A stretch of DNA of 64,000 bases, taken from assembly GCA_964187785.1 (NCBI GenBank), contig OZ076414.1, positions 18,724,001-18,788,000 of the forward strand. The letters run 5' to 3'. The notes below the pieces were generated by a model. The model did not search any database and was not told the DNA's origin. It saw nothing but the letters and a program-made list of their open reading frames with translations. The stretch comes from Amphiscolops sp. MND2022. Its lineage: Eukaryota. This document shows, piece by piece, positions 35,078 to 47,700 of the stretch (positions within the stretch are counted from its first letter, which is position 1; the number at the start of each line of letters is the position of its first letter). Position numbers and translations under genes: made by a program.

Positions 35078-36008
35078 TGCCTTTCTCTCTGAGGTAAGTG
35101 CGTTTGGTATGAAATACAATCGTTACAATATATTACTAATATTCATACAATAGTTGATAAGCTGGAGAACTTCAACAGTTAACACAGAGGAAGAATGATA
35201 CGATTTGATTAAATTTGATAGGATTCTGAAATTTGACGAGGCTAGAGTGACGTAAATGTTCAATAGTTATAAAAAAATTAACCAAACGATTTATTGCAGC
35301 AAAAAAAGGGTCGTGAAAATTTTTTAAATCAGCTTTAACAGATTGGAATTTTTCCTGGTGTGCCTTTTTTGTTTAGTCGTCTTTGGTGTTAGTGAATTAT
35401 TGGTTGCATACGCTGGCGGCAAAGTGCGACAATTAGGATTCAAGTTTGATTTAAAAAATTTTGAAACATCGGGATTCGAACCCAATAATCTGATTCTAAA
35501 GACGAATAAATGAACTAAATTTAAGCTACTGAAGCAAAACAACTAGTCTGAAGTAGTGAACAAAAGTGTCGCTTGAAAACTTGAACTTTTAAAATAAAAA
35601 TGGACGACAGAAAAATAGACAATAATCATCATTTGTTTCGTCAATGCAAAACCCATAGCTAATTTGTTCATTCTTTTATTAAAATTCCTCTGTTGCTTCG
35701 ACAGACAACACCATTATCGGCAAAAATTCGATATTTCTCACTTCCGGCATGATTCGTTGAATGGCTTCCTCCTATTAATTACTCTTCTATCTAACAATAT
35801 AATCTAAAAATTTGTATGACTAAAGTAAGCGAAGTGAGATTTAGGTGACAAAATCACAAGATTACAGAAAATGATTTGAAACGAAGGTTGAATTTGAGGT
35901 AATTTATCTTAATTTGTTTCTTATCTATACTCGTAACAGCCTCTTATTAGCTCCTTTCAAGGAAAATCCTTCTTTTCCTTGACAAATTTTCCCTGCGTTA
36001 GAGGTCAA

Positions 36009-36039
36009 TTAGTTCTGCAGCTTCTTAGCCTGTTCAAAC
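36009..36039 (-). CDS. Candidate terminal exon of an unidentified gene (...FEQAKKLQN*)
   Basis: Perfect branch point TACTAAC (36065-36071), TTTCAG acceptor, stop at 36009; AATAAA about 330 nt downstream. Confidence 0.4.
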
Positions 36040-36349
36040 CTGAAACCGTCACCGAAACGGCAACGTTAGTACCTCCAATTTTTATATGAACGAAAATTTC
36101 AGTTTTGTACTACTCATTTTCATTTCATTGTTTAAATTCAATAAGTTTGACTAATTAATCAATTGAAAAATTTTATTTGCTTTGGAAAATTGAAAAAAAA
36201 GTATTAGCAATATTCTTGAAAAAAAATCCGCCAGAATAAAAAACCTGTCAGAAAAAAATTCCCTCATTTCTAGTTGAATGAACTATACTACCTATCAATC
36301 AAAGATATATGCAAAATGGTGGATAAATCGCATCATTTCATATCTGAAC

Positions 36350-36382
36350 CTTAGCCTTTCGCTAGGAGTGGACCTTTTCTCT
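36350..36382 (-). CDS. Candidate 33-nt phase-2 microexon (EKRSTPSERL)
   Basis: TTTCAG acceptor, AG|GTTCAG donor; frame-compatible with 56036-56102 and 36009-36039. Confidence 0.25.
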
Positions 36383-37081
36383 CTGAAATATTTCATCTTT
36401 TACAGCTGGGAAAAAGTAGAAAAATCGTTTGTAAATAACATCAAAAGTCTAATTAATATAAATCATCAACATTAGGAATGTTAAATATTGGTATGAGTTA
36501 CAAAAGTAGTTCCATCTTGAACAAGTTTCAAGATCCATCGAAATTTAATCTTCATCACATTAAATCCTTATTATTCAGTTTTCTTTGGCCAATTGAGAAA
36601 TAGTCGATTCTGCCTACGAACTAGCCGTCCAAATTCAAATCTCTTGAGAAGAGCAAAAAGTCTAAAACAAAAAAAAAGACAAACACGAATGCCGGATCGG
36701 CTTTGAGATCCATCTAAAAACTATCACGGGCTCAAAAATTCCAATTTTTCAATCTGCTCTGCTAGTTGAGGAAACGATCAACTTTGACATGGCTAGCCTA
36801 CAGAAATGCATGCGGGAAACGCATGGTGAGAAGGAAGAAAATACAGTAAAAGATTGAAATGAAGGTTAGATCAGTTTGTGCTGAGAAAAAAGTCAAAACA
36901 AAAACTCAACTCATATGAAACCCATTTTTTCAGTCTGCGATGGCCACGACATTAGCAACAACACAAACTAGCAGCACTAACGAGCATTTGTAGCAAAAAT
37001 CCTTCACAGAAACATAAAAAAAAACGAAGGAAACAGTAACATAAAAGAAGCTCGATCTGATCTGAGATCCACCAAAAAACT

Positions 37082-37243
37082 TCTCCTTCAGGACACGGGG
37101 TGCCAAAATAATTCTAAATGCTACCTGGGCTATTAAAAGAAGTGTGTTAGGGAAAAATCAACGTTGATTTTTCCTTAACACAGTTTTTTTAATAGCCCAG
37201 GTAGCATTCAGAATTATTTTGGCAGCGCGTGTCCTGAAGGAGA
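37082..37243. repeat. 162-bp near-perfect palindrome with no loop
   Basis: Arms TCTCCTTCAGGACAC...GGAAAAATCAAC | GTTGATTTTTCC...GTGTCCTGAAGGAGA, centred at 37162/37163. Confidence 0.92.
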
Positions 37244-37502
37244 CAGTATGCGATTTTTTTCCTGAAGTTATTCAACCGAAGTGTCGCTTTGATTTTTAGG
37301 AGGAACAGCATTTTGCGAGCAGAGGGCCACATTGTTTTTTGGGCACAATGCGACTTACCGAAGAATTTTCGAAGACTGGGTATCTTTTTGGCACTGTAGA
37401 AAAGTAATTTTCGAGTTTTTTGGGTATCCCTTCGGTACTTTCCGGCACTGCAAATGTGATAAAATTTTCCCAATAGTGTCGTTTGCATCTTTATATTACT
37501 TG

Positions 37503-38085
37503 TTTTAAGTCGGCGCATTTTATCAAAATGAGCCCGACTATTACAGTGGCAAGTTTTTTTCCGTCAGACAACAGAATGTATACGTAGTGGACACTTTTCA
37601 CAGAACTACTAAACTACTGGACCGGCAAGCGGAAACGCATCTAAGTTAGTGCAAAGGGTCCCCCTTTCGTGTACTTAATTTTTAACGAAAGATACAAAAC
37701 CGGACGGGACTACAGGGTCCTCCTTTCAATTTTTTGGCACTGTGCGACTTTGTTTTGAATTTTTTGACGCCAAAGGGTCCCCTTCAAGTTTTTCGACATT
37801 CTGCAGGAAACAGAAGTTTCAAAAAGTCCAAAGGGTCTCCCTTTTCTACTTTTTCGGCACTATGAGACACTACCCAAACCAGTCTTTTTTTCTGACAGAC
37901 ATTAAAAATCAGAACGCGTTTACCGCTGCAAATTACTTCTCGATATCGGAGATAAGCCTAATAACAAATTTTGCAATACACTGGATTTTCAAAAAGTCGA
38001 AAGGCCCTCCCTTTTACCTTTTTAAAAACTTTGCGCTTTTTGAGCTTTAGATATAGCGCGGAGTTTAGACGTTCCCATCTTGTTT
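37503..38085 (+). mobile_element. HINE-like element copy 3
   Basis: Same subTIR, core and 3' hairpin as 5667-6236, plus an extra internal segment. Confidence 0.75.
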
Positions 38086-38736
38086 AATCTAGAGCGGGGT
38101 TCCGATTTGGTTGCTGGCTTGATAGTATTGGAAGGACGCAAGGCACATCATTCCTTTCGGCAAGCTAAATGTTCAAATGAAGTCTACAGCAATCTTCAAT
38201 GATCATTATGCAACAAGTTTGTCAAATGCGGGTACAAGAGCAGCGTTCGAATCTTCGGGAAAAATTGAAGAGGAAACTAAGTAAAGTTTCGACATTTATT
38301 TCTCAGCATTTTTAAATGTTCTGGTTCCTCCTGAAAATCTATGCGAAAAGAATATATATAAGAAAATATATATAAGAAATTTTTTCAAATGAATTCTGTG
38401 GAAAAAAGTCAGTTTTATGAGTACAGAAATTGAGCATGGTAAAACCTAAGAAGTCATCACGGCTCAGATGTAAATCAGTGGTAATCGTAAATCTTAATCA
38501 GATGAGCCGACTTTTGCCGAGTTACAGTCACGGATCAAATCCTTACCCGCGAAAAACCCGCTTCATGGCGCTTTTGGATGCTGCATTTTTTTGTAGTTCA
38601 GATCTGAACATGTTAGTACCGAAAGTCATTGTACTCGAAAGGACCACCGCCTAACTAGTTTTTAAAAACAGTAAGAAAAAAGTGATTCTGTTACGGTGGT
38701 TTTTGAAATAAAAATACATATGCAAATTTTTAGATA

Positions 38737-39502
38737 CTCCTGTTGACTCTTGAAAGTGTTGATAAGACCTTGATTAGTGTTATTTCCCACAAATCCTACC
38801 TTTTTTCTTTTTAGAAATCTTGAAGAGTCTTTCTCACTAAGACGAGAGAAACATTTCGTCTACCATTATCTCCAAGGAGCCTCCCAATGTGAAAATTCTT
38901 GAAACTCATGATAAGAATCTTGCAATATTGTGAAACTCTTGATAAGAGTTTTGACAAGATTCTCATCAAGAGCGTCAAGAAAATGTACAATGTTGCAAGG
39001 TCTTGCTAAGAGTTTTAGACGAAATGCTAACAAAAATGATGAAAGCCAGTGATCAAGCTGTGACTTGACCATCGTACCTATTATGCCAAAGGAGTTCACG
39101 CTACTAACCGAACTATCACGTCTGGGATATCAATATTTTGTGTTGTCCCATAACCAACACTTCATATAATGAGAGCGCAGCTGGTAATTCGAACAGAAGC
39201 AAACAAAATTGTTGTTTATTTTGCAAGTTATTCATATTTTCGACGCTCTTGATTAAAATCTCACCAAGATTCCTACAAAAAAACTGAGACCGTTGTGTGA
39301 AGCAAGAACAAACAAACAAACAAGATCTTATCAAGGCTTTCGAGAGTCAAGTGGAATATGTAAGAATATAAATGATCTTTGTATATCTCCTTAAGGTTTT
39401 TCCTAAGCGTTTTTCCTTTGGACGTTTCCCTATAATCGATCGTACATACTTCTTGCACTCTTGATAAGATTCTTGCCATGACTCTCTCCATGACTTGCAG
39501 GG
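38737..39502. mobile_element. Decayed TIR element with (T)CAAGA repeats, related to families A/B
   Basis: Many CAAGA/TCTTG motifs; right end ...TTGCAGGG; left end degenerate. Confidence 0.4.
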
Positions 39503-39529
39503 ATCAAAACCCTTAACTCCTTCAACGCA

Positions 39530-40197
39530 TGTAACGGCATCCTGTTATCAACGAAAGTTTGAAACTTTTTGAAAATTCCGTTCAAACCTGAGGTGGCGCC
39601 CGAACATAACTTTGGCGAAGCACCTGTCAGCAGAACGTGTAAAAAGACGGTGAAAGAAGCCGCCCCGCGAAGGAGAGCGAAACAATCGCGAGTAGTGACA
39701 GTGAAACAAAAACAAGCCAAAACCATGGCAGAAATCCAGGTTTTTTCAGTGCTGAACCCAAAAACATCATGACAGCCTGAGGACTGTATCTGTGCCTAGG
39801 GGTTGTGCCCAGCTCGAGCGCTGGTGCCGTGCCGCCCCATTGTCCACAGTTTTCGCCGAACTGGACTCTGTTATCGTAATTAGTGTGCTTTTTGTGTGTT
39901 TAGATCATAAAATGCTCGAGGGATACTTCATGTTCATGTTGCATTTACCCAAATTCTCACTGTAGAAATTCAGTTTTTTACAACCTTGCCGTTTTTATAA
40001 GCTATCTACGCGGTGGTTTCGAATTTCAGAGCAATACCCGTGATTCGTAGCAATTACAAACTGTTATCAAGCCAGAGAGCGTCCTTAAAGACGGGTCCCC
40101 TCCTTAGGAAGACAAAATGAGCTGATGTCATGGTGGTTTGTCCCGGACCATATCCATGGTACCATTCCTCCACTATCGCACCGCTCTTGCCGTTACA
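39530..40197 (+). repeat. 5' LTR
   Basis: Direct repeat of 54651-55361 with a 9-bp terminal inverted repeat. Confidence 0.92.
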
Positions 40198-43100
40198 TAT
40201 AACCTCATTTTTTGGCGACCACATTGGGATCGTCTTTGGAAGCTTTCTTGCATGGTTTTTAAAAAATCTGGCCTACCGGTGTCCAGCGCTAAGACAGTTC
40301 CGACTCTGTGGAAGAAAGTAGAGATAAAGTTTTGCTTCTTTTTTAACGACAGCATGTATTCTTGGAAGTTGGAACGGTATGGACCCAGAAAAACCCGGAA
40401 AAAGCCCGTTTTCAGGTGTTATAATGGCATTTTTGGGAAAAAACCTGTAAATGCGTGTTTTGTGATGTTAAATGTGTGTTAACCCTTCAGCGGGTATATG
40501 TTTTGCAGGTGGTTCTGACCGTAGCACGTCGCTGTGGGTGTCTAATTGTTTTTAGGCTATTTTCAGCTTTTTGAGCCATGCAAGACATTAGCAGATGGGT
40601 GGAAAGTCATACTCCACCAGAGCGACGAACGGGTGAAATGGAGTGTTGCGGTTCACTAGTTCCCGTTTCTCAAGGAGACAGACGTCCGAGAGGGATGATA
40701 ATTGTTGGCGGAGAGCGAGTGCAAGTGCTGACGGTGCTGATGGTCCAAACCGCATGTCTCTAGCAGGTGTGGATGTGGAGAAATTTGGTGGCGAAGGCAT
40801 CTCACCTTTCACCAGAAGTGTGGTTCAGATGGGCCATGGTCCGCAAAAACTTTGAGTTTGCAACTTTTTTTGTGGGGAATTGTCGGTAGAGGTCATTTAC
40901 GTTTCTCTGCAATTTAACGAAACCCTATGGAAGACCTTTGAGCGGAGAAAACAGGTTTTTTTCGTGTTCTTTGGTGTTTTCTTTGGTTGGAGCACGAGTG
41001 CTCCGTAAGTCCAACGTAGCTTTGAAAAAAGTGGGGCAAAAGTAGCCTCGAGCCCTGAGCGAGCCGACAAAAATCAGTATTGACCGTTGTCGTGGCTCTT
41101 TAAGGCAGGAAATTGTGAATTTTGTAATTAAAAGTGCGAAACGTGGAAAAAAGGCGGAATAGTCACCTAAAAGTAAAGGTGCAATCAAGTATAGAAGCCT
41201 GAAAAACGAATTTGCTGTAGTTTCTCGAGTACTGGAGTTTCCCAGGGTACTCTGGATTAGTTGATAGGTACAAAACCTGAACATTTGGCTGTTTTTGATC
41301 AGTGCGGAGAGCATTGACCAAATCTCTACGGTGCAAACCTTTTTCGTCATGGCGGGGAAGCCTGCGCGCTCTCGTTTTCTGTTTTAGTGGAGAAAAAAAT
41401 AACGTGTGGAAATGCAAACCGCATGTAAAAATTTCTTTTCAGTGCTGAGAAAAGTGAAAAAACGCACTGAAAACCACTTCTTGTGACCAAAACCGGACTG
41501 TCCATTGGTTAGGATCGAGTCATCGATTCCCAAACCCTAGCTAAGAAGTGTTTGCATTTTTGTCATTACCGCTAAAAAAACGTTAGTGCCGAAAATTTCG
41601 TAAGTCTAACGCTTACCAAACTCGAGAAAAGCACTTTGACGTTTTGACATCAAAAAGAGCTAAAATTGCCAAAAAAACGAAAACTGTAGGACTGATAGTG
41701 TCTTGTACTTAACGGGCACGGCTAATTGAGGGCTTGTGACAGTGCTGTGACTAGTTAAACAACAAATTGACACTGTTCTGCCTGCCGTAATATTTGTAGT
41801 GGTAACCCTCTTCGCCAATTTGTGAAAAATAGTACCAAAAAACACTGTTTTTGCGAAAATAACGCCAGTACCCACTCGAAATCCCAGGTAAACTCTCGGG
41901 CTTCCGTTAGACCGTCGAACCCACATTGTGGGTGTCCACCGGCAACGTCTACTGAGTTTCGTTCCGATCGATGCAGTATTTGTTGAGAAATTGACGAAAA
42001 CGTACTGCGCAAAAAGAAGTGCAAAAAGGCAAATTTTTGGAAGTGCTTGAACACCTTAACCTAAAAGTGGGGCAAATTGCAGCGCACTAACGCTTTTGGC
42101 GCTAGTTAGTGCACTGTTAGCAAAAAACCGAACAGCTAATTTTACTTGATGCGTAAAAAACGCGTGACAAGCGTGCATTTTGACCCCTACTGATACATAG
42201 GAGTACCGCACGTCTGTACCGAGGTGAAACAGTGCAGAAGCCTCGGAGCACAAATCAGTGCTCGGTTCCGTGTACCTACGTGTGTGTAGGATCATCTGGA
42301 CTTTTTCAAGCCATATCCGACATTTGGGTGACAAATACAATCCACTTGTGTTTTTTTGCACTCTACGAGAAAATTCAAAAGTTGTTGTAAACGTCTCATG
42401 CTTGTCTCCACGAAAGTGTAGCTCCGATCTAAGCTCTTTTTCTACGTTTGTAGGTTGTAACAATTGCGTGGGTGAGTTTAAACCCGATACGACCCATAGA
42501 AGTGATTTCGACCCACTGGAGACGTGTATAACGTGTTTTTTTTTAGACTTGAGTTTTCACCGAAACGACCGGAGGTCGCGTATCCTCTGGAGGACCCCAG
42601 TGACACTGTAGGTTATCCCAGGTCATCCAGAACGTGTTAGTGAGCATTGACTAGTAGTACCGACCAACTGGCTGTTGAAAGCGACGGTCTTGGTGCTGAA
42701 TTCAACTTGTCAGTACTATCGGTAACGACATCTTGCGTGGTAAATTCGTGTATAACTGCGAAACAACCACAAGACGATGTTCTGGGCCGGTGCAGTGGCC
42801 ATAGCCAAACTGCTTGCGCGTGATTCGACCGACAGCGTTGAATTGGTTGAATCCAACACGTCCGCAGCGACTGGAACCAGTGAAACTTGCAAACTGAGTT
42901 CAACGCAACGCGAGAGCTCAGGGAGTAATGGCAATCTGAGTTTGCAGGAATGGACTCATGTAAAGTCGTTGGTGATCAGCTCGTCCTTTTCAAAAACTAT
43001 GTCTGACAGTGTCTGCTGAACAGCAGCGAAAGGAGGAACAGGATTATAGCTCCTGCTCGAGAGCTCCTCGCCGGTCTCAAAAGAACTAATCCGAACCGGA

Positions 43101-43273
43101 CAATGGATCCAAGACACGCGTGGTGGGTTTACGATGTCACCTCGTACGGAAGGGTTCTGGCCCCATTCCAATACAACGGCTGTCAATGCTACGCCTGGAT
43201 ATGAGGGTGCTCGACGGCACCCGACGACGTCAGCAGTCACGGCAGCAAAGCTACAGACGCCATCCTGGAAAGC

Positions 43274-45300
43274 ATGACGAATGTGGGCGGATTGAACTAC
43301 GCCAAGTATCGCCTGGAGGCTAGTCAATCCGAAGCTTTTGGGAAGCACAAAAAAGTGCGACCACCGACGTTATGCATGCAAAACGAGTTGAGCGGCGATA
43401 ACGCACCTTCAGTGCGTGACGGTGCTGCTTCCGTTGCATCCTCGCGAAAGTCTTCGGCCTATCGAACCGTGAAAGAGGCGGCGGCAGTCACAACCGTCAT
43501 GCTGTAGGCCGAGGCAAAGTGAGCCCTGGTGCGGTTGGCTGATACTCGTGCTGAGTGTAGTGAGCAGCATAAGATCATAACTGCCGAGCTCGAAGCTATG
43601 GAGTGCTCGGTAAAGGAGAGCTTATGGGCTAACAACCAACAACAAACTGTGCAGTCAGCCAAAGTGGACACCATGGGTTATCGCTTGGAAGAAATAAAGG
43701 ATTTATTCTTAAGCGTAAACTGCTTATGGAAGTTAAAATGGCTGAGATGAACACCCGCATGTTCACAATGGGTGCCGCAGCCAAGAAAGAGAAACCGAAG
43801 CCCGACACACCCACTTCGTCAAATGTGAAGGTGGTGCCTGCGCGCATCCACCCCTGACCCTCCTCTAGCTCTAAAGGCTAGTCATACGACGGTGCCCAGA
43901 GCCCAAAACCTACGGAACCACCGAAGAAGTTCACGCGGGTACATGTCTGTGCACACAACTCGCTAAGCACTGTCCCGCTACATACAAGCACAATTCTGTC
44001 GCTGAATCGAACGCAGGACAGGGGTTGGACCCTATGACGACAACTTCTTCCACCTTGGACGTAACTGATACGAAGGCAACAGCTTGATCCCAAGCTAGCA
44101 GAGTGGACGACATCACTTACGCTACTGCTAGAGCGCGTGTGACCGGAACTGACTCAATATTTTTATTAGCTAGTGAAGGGGTGCTCGCGGGCAACCCTTG
44201 CGCCAGTAGTACGCGTAAAAAGGATCAGGTGGTGGGAGACCTATTAGTCCAAGCCACTAGAGGAAGCAGAAACAACTCGCCTGTTGTCAGGGATGAGGGC
44301 GAGACCACCTCGCCCGAACACTTGCGATTCAACGCCGCATTCTCTAAAGCGATGTCGAAGGAGTTGGCTCCCCTACTAGCTTGTCGTGACTCATCACTGT
44401 CCAGGCCCAGCGTGTATTGTGGGCACAAGGAAGGCTCAATAGATGGTTGGATACTGGTCATTTGCCGATACTTACAACGAACACAAGCCAAAGCAACTCT
44501 CGATGACAAAGCATGGAGTTTTATTGGCCACCTAGAGGATGAAGCCCGTAATTACATCATCAACAAGGCAGAGTCCGAACGGGACACGCCTGAGAAGGTA
44601 TTAGAACTGTTGGCCATTCAATTTGGTACGGGAAGACGGGAAGCAATCGCATGCAAGTACGACAGGCCTTCGCATCCCGCTATCAGCTGGAAAAAGAGGA
44701 CTGGATGAAAAATCTGGATGCCTTGGAAGGGCTGCGTAGTCTAGCAGCGCTTCATCGAGGGTGTCCGGGATTCAGCCGAACGGCGTGAACTCTCCATCAT
44801 CTATGCGCCCGAGACTACCAAGACTGTCCCACCCACTGTGGAATCTTTGAGGTTCACTACCCGAAAGTTGCAACGAAACCGTCCCAAGCAATCGCAACCT
44901 TATGACTCTCGGTATGCTATGAGGTCGAGGCCTCATCCTTTTATACCTTTGCAAACTAACAAGATGGTGCTGCAGCAAGGAGTGTTGCCATCTCCTTCAT
45001 CTAGTACCGCCCAGCGAACACGGCAGCCGCACCACCTGCCATGAGAGCTCCACTGGGCGCATCTTTCAACCTTGCTCGTTCGTGACTGTCTTAACCGTCA
45101 TCAGACCCGCAAGCCAACGGTGCTACCTGAACCTGGGGCAGTAAAGACCAAAACAGAAGACATCGTTGAATGTGTTGCAGAAAATTGCCCTGTAGTACGC
45201 TTCTGTGTCAACTGCGGAATGATTGACCATGTGGCGTCACAGTGTGTGGAAAACCCCGTGAGTGATGATTTTGCCTATAGCCGCTGGGCGGAAACGGAAG
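43274..45300 (+). pseudogene. gag (coiled-coil, capsid-like region, CCHC knuckle at 45204-45245)
   Basis: PSVYCGHKEGSIDGWI...HLEDEARNYI...LLAIQFG and CVNCGMIDHVASQC (CX2CX4HX4C). Confidence 0.8.
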
Positions 45301-45389
45301 CAACGGGGATGGCTGCACGTACGGTACCCTTGGAAGACGACCGGGTGTTGATGCTCGAACCAGCTGAGCAACCAGCCTTCTACACACCC

Positions 45390-46100
45390 CTAGTTATCAC
45401 TTGTGGTGCAAAACAGGTTCAAACGTGTTTCGAGACTACAACGTTCGACCTGAAGGGTTGCACCATCATATCCATTCACTTAATGCTGTCAGCCGAGCAA
45501 CAACGTCGCCTAACAATAACCTTGGCGAAACTTAGGTCCGAGTTGGTCATTCTCTACAAGAGAACCGAAGGTCCGCGGCCCAAAGAGTGATACGCTCCCG
45601 GGGATTCGGACACCTTCAATACGTAGTCTCCCGTTCCAATCTGTGCCACCATGGATGGCCTGGACGTGCAGTTCAAAGCATGCGTGGTAGTAGACATATT
45701 TCGCCTTGTAGTTTTTCTTGGCCCACAAGAACTTAAAGGGTACAACATTAGTCGCCTGGAGCCAAACGGCGAAGCCCGGATAGACGAGCGTGCGTCGCTT
45801 GTTGTTTCCTTCGTAGTGCCCCACGCGGCACATATTCCACTGAGAGGCCTGGTGGACATGAGATCTGGAGTGTCGATTTTGATATTCTCCGCCTTCAACT
45901 GTGTCGCCGTCCAAACCAGTGCGATGTTGAAGCCCTAGCAGATTGATTTGTACGCCGCTAATGGCAAAACCATCAAGACCTTTGGGATGGCGGAGTATGT
46001 GCGCTTCCAACTGGGAAGTTACGAACTGGAGACCAAATACGTGGTTGTGGATGACGCAATGGTTGTCGAGGACTTCCTGTTGGGCCGCAACGTCCGTGAG
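45390..46100 (+). pseudogene. Protease region: degenerate retropepsin-like domain followed by a retropepsin
   Basis: ICATMDGLDVQFKACVVVD..VFLG..EL, then RGLVDMRSGVSIL...LYAANGKTI...YVVVDD...FLLGRN in one frame. Confidence 0.7.
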
Positions 46101-46189
46101 GGCGTATCAAGTTCTCATTGACTTAACGTCGATGAGGATCGTGGTGCGCATGCCCATACAACCAGTCTGGCATCACGCACATACTCAGC

Positions 46190-46520
46190 TAGGTGATCCC
46201 ATCTTAGCGGTCCCAGGTGTTTTGGACCAAAATTTAGTATTGCAACCCTTCGAGCGTACGTTGGTAATGGCAAAAGTGGTAACTCCTGACGTGGAACCAC
46301 TGGTGTTTCAAAATGTGGTATTGAATGCAGCTATCGCAGATGCGTCACTGCAAAATGTTGTGTTTTCAGAGGACTGCGTTGCGGCTGCCGGTGGGACAGG
46401 CCATGTCTTCGTCAGCGTGACAAATCTGACTAGCAACCCACATAGCGTCCGTGGAGGCACACACTTGGGTGCCGTGGTACCCGTATCCCTCGTTTATCGT
46501 GCTGTCCCACATCAGCTGGC
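46190..46520 (+). pseudogene. Beta-rich insert between PR and RT (dUTPase-like by inference)
   Basis: LVLQPFERTLVMAKV...VFVSVTNLTSNPHSVRGGTHLGAVVPV pattern. Confidence 0.45.
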
Positions 46521-46759
46521 CGACACCAACCCCAAAACTGAGGTCAATAAAGACCGCGTTGATTTTGTTTGTAAAGTATATGAAACCATGAATCTTTGGA
46601 CTGAATAAAAATTTACTTCTTCATCCGAATTTGAGTTTTTGTCTTCCATCGATCCCACCGAGAAAGGTTTTTCGGACCGCGAAAAAAGGAAGCGTACCGA
46701 CCCGGGCCAAAGGCATCGTGATGGTTAGGAAAAATGGAGAGTTGCGGTTTTGCTGCGAA

Positions 46760-47700
46760 TTCCGTCCGCTAAACGAAGTAACCGTCAAAGATGCGTCCCA
46801 GAGTTGACGAAAGCTTGGCCAAGCGAAAATCTACGCGAGTATTGACCTGGCCTGGGCATTCTGGCAAATCCCGGTGAGGAAGTCTGACCGCCAGAAAACC
46901 GCCTTTGCCTGCGAACTAGATCTCTTCGAGTGGAGACGCATGCCCTTGGGCATTTGCAATGCCTCTTTCGTTGGCAACTTTCGGGAAACCGATAGCTCGA
47001 GCGCTACGCAAGGTTATCAACCAGTTAGGGAGCATGGTAATGGCATACATCGACGACATCGTGATGGCCACTGAGACTATCGAGGACCACATGGTTCACC
47101 TCAGCGAGGTCTTTGAGTGCTTGCGTGAGGGGGGTTTCAAGATCGGGTAGCCAAGTGTGACTTCATGAAGCGAGTGATCAAGTACTTGAGCCGGGTAGTC
47201 TCCGCAAAAGGAATGAAACCTGATCACAAGGCTGTCGCAAAACTACGATATAGGGAAATTCCTCGGAACAAAACCGGGTCTGAACAACAACAGGCCTTCA
47301 ACGAGATCAAAAACGCTTTGATCGAGGCGACTGCTCTCGCGCATCCCGACTCAGAAGGCGACTTCGTACTGGACACTGACGCTGTGGCAATTTCTGGCAT
47401 CTTGCACCAATGACAAGGCCCTCCCGAGGACCGACGCCTCAACCCAATTGACTACGACAGCAAAACGCTGACAACAACACAGGCGAAGAACCGTGCTCCC
47501 AAACTGGAGATTAATGCCGCCTACCATTTTATTGTCAAAAATCACAGCAAGTCTGAGGGTGGACAACCAGCCACTTTAATGGTTGAAAACCTATTCCACC
47601 AATCAAGTCCTCATTGATTGTTGGATCATAGCCCTCGAAAAGTGCCACTTTCGCGTTGAGCATTGTCCGCGAACACAGCATCGCAATGCCGATGGTCTAT
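46760..47700 (+). pseudogene. Reverse transcriptase and RNase H, frameshifted
   Basis: IDLAWAFWQI, KTAF, RMPLGICNAS, YIDD (47046-47057) and LAHPDSEGDFVLDTDA motifs. Confidence 0.92.

Noticed and set aside
34758-35153. 131-aa ORF with an LS repeat
   Set aside because: Produced by the (CT)n microsatellite.
35465-35530. tRNA B-box GGTTCGAATCCC on the minus strand
   Set aside because: No cloverleaf or acceptor stem; at most a decayed tRNA/SINE relic.
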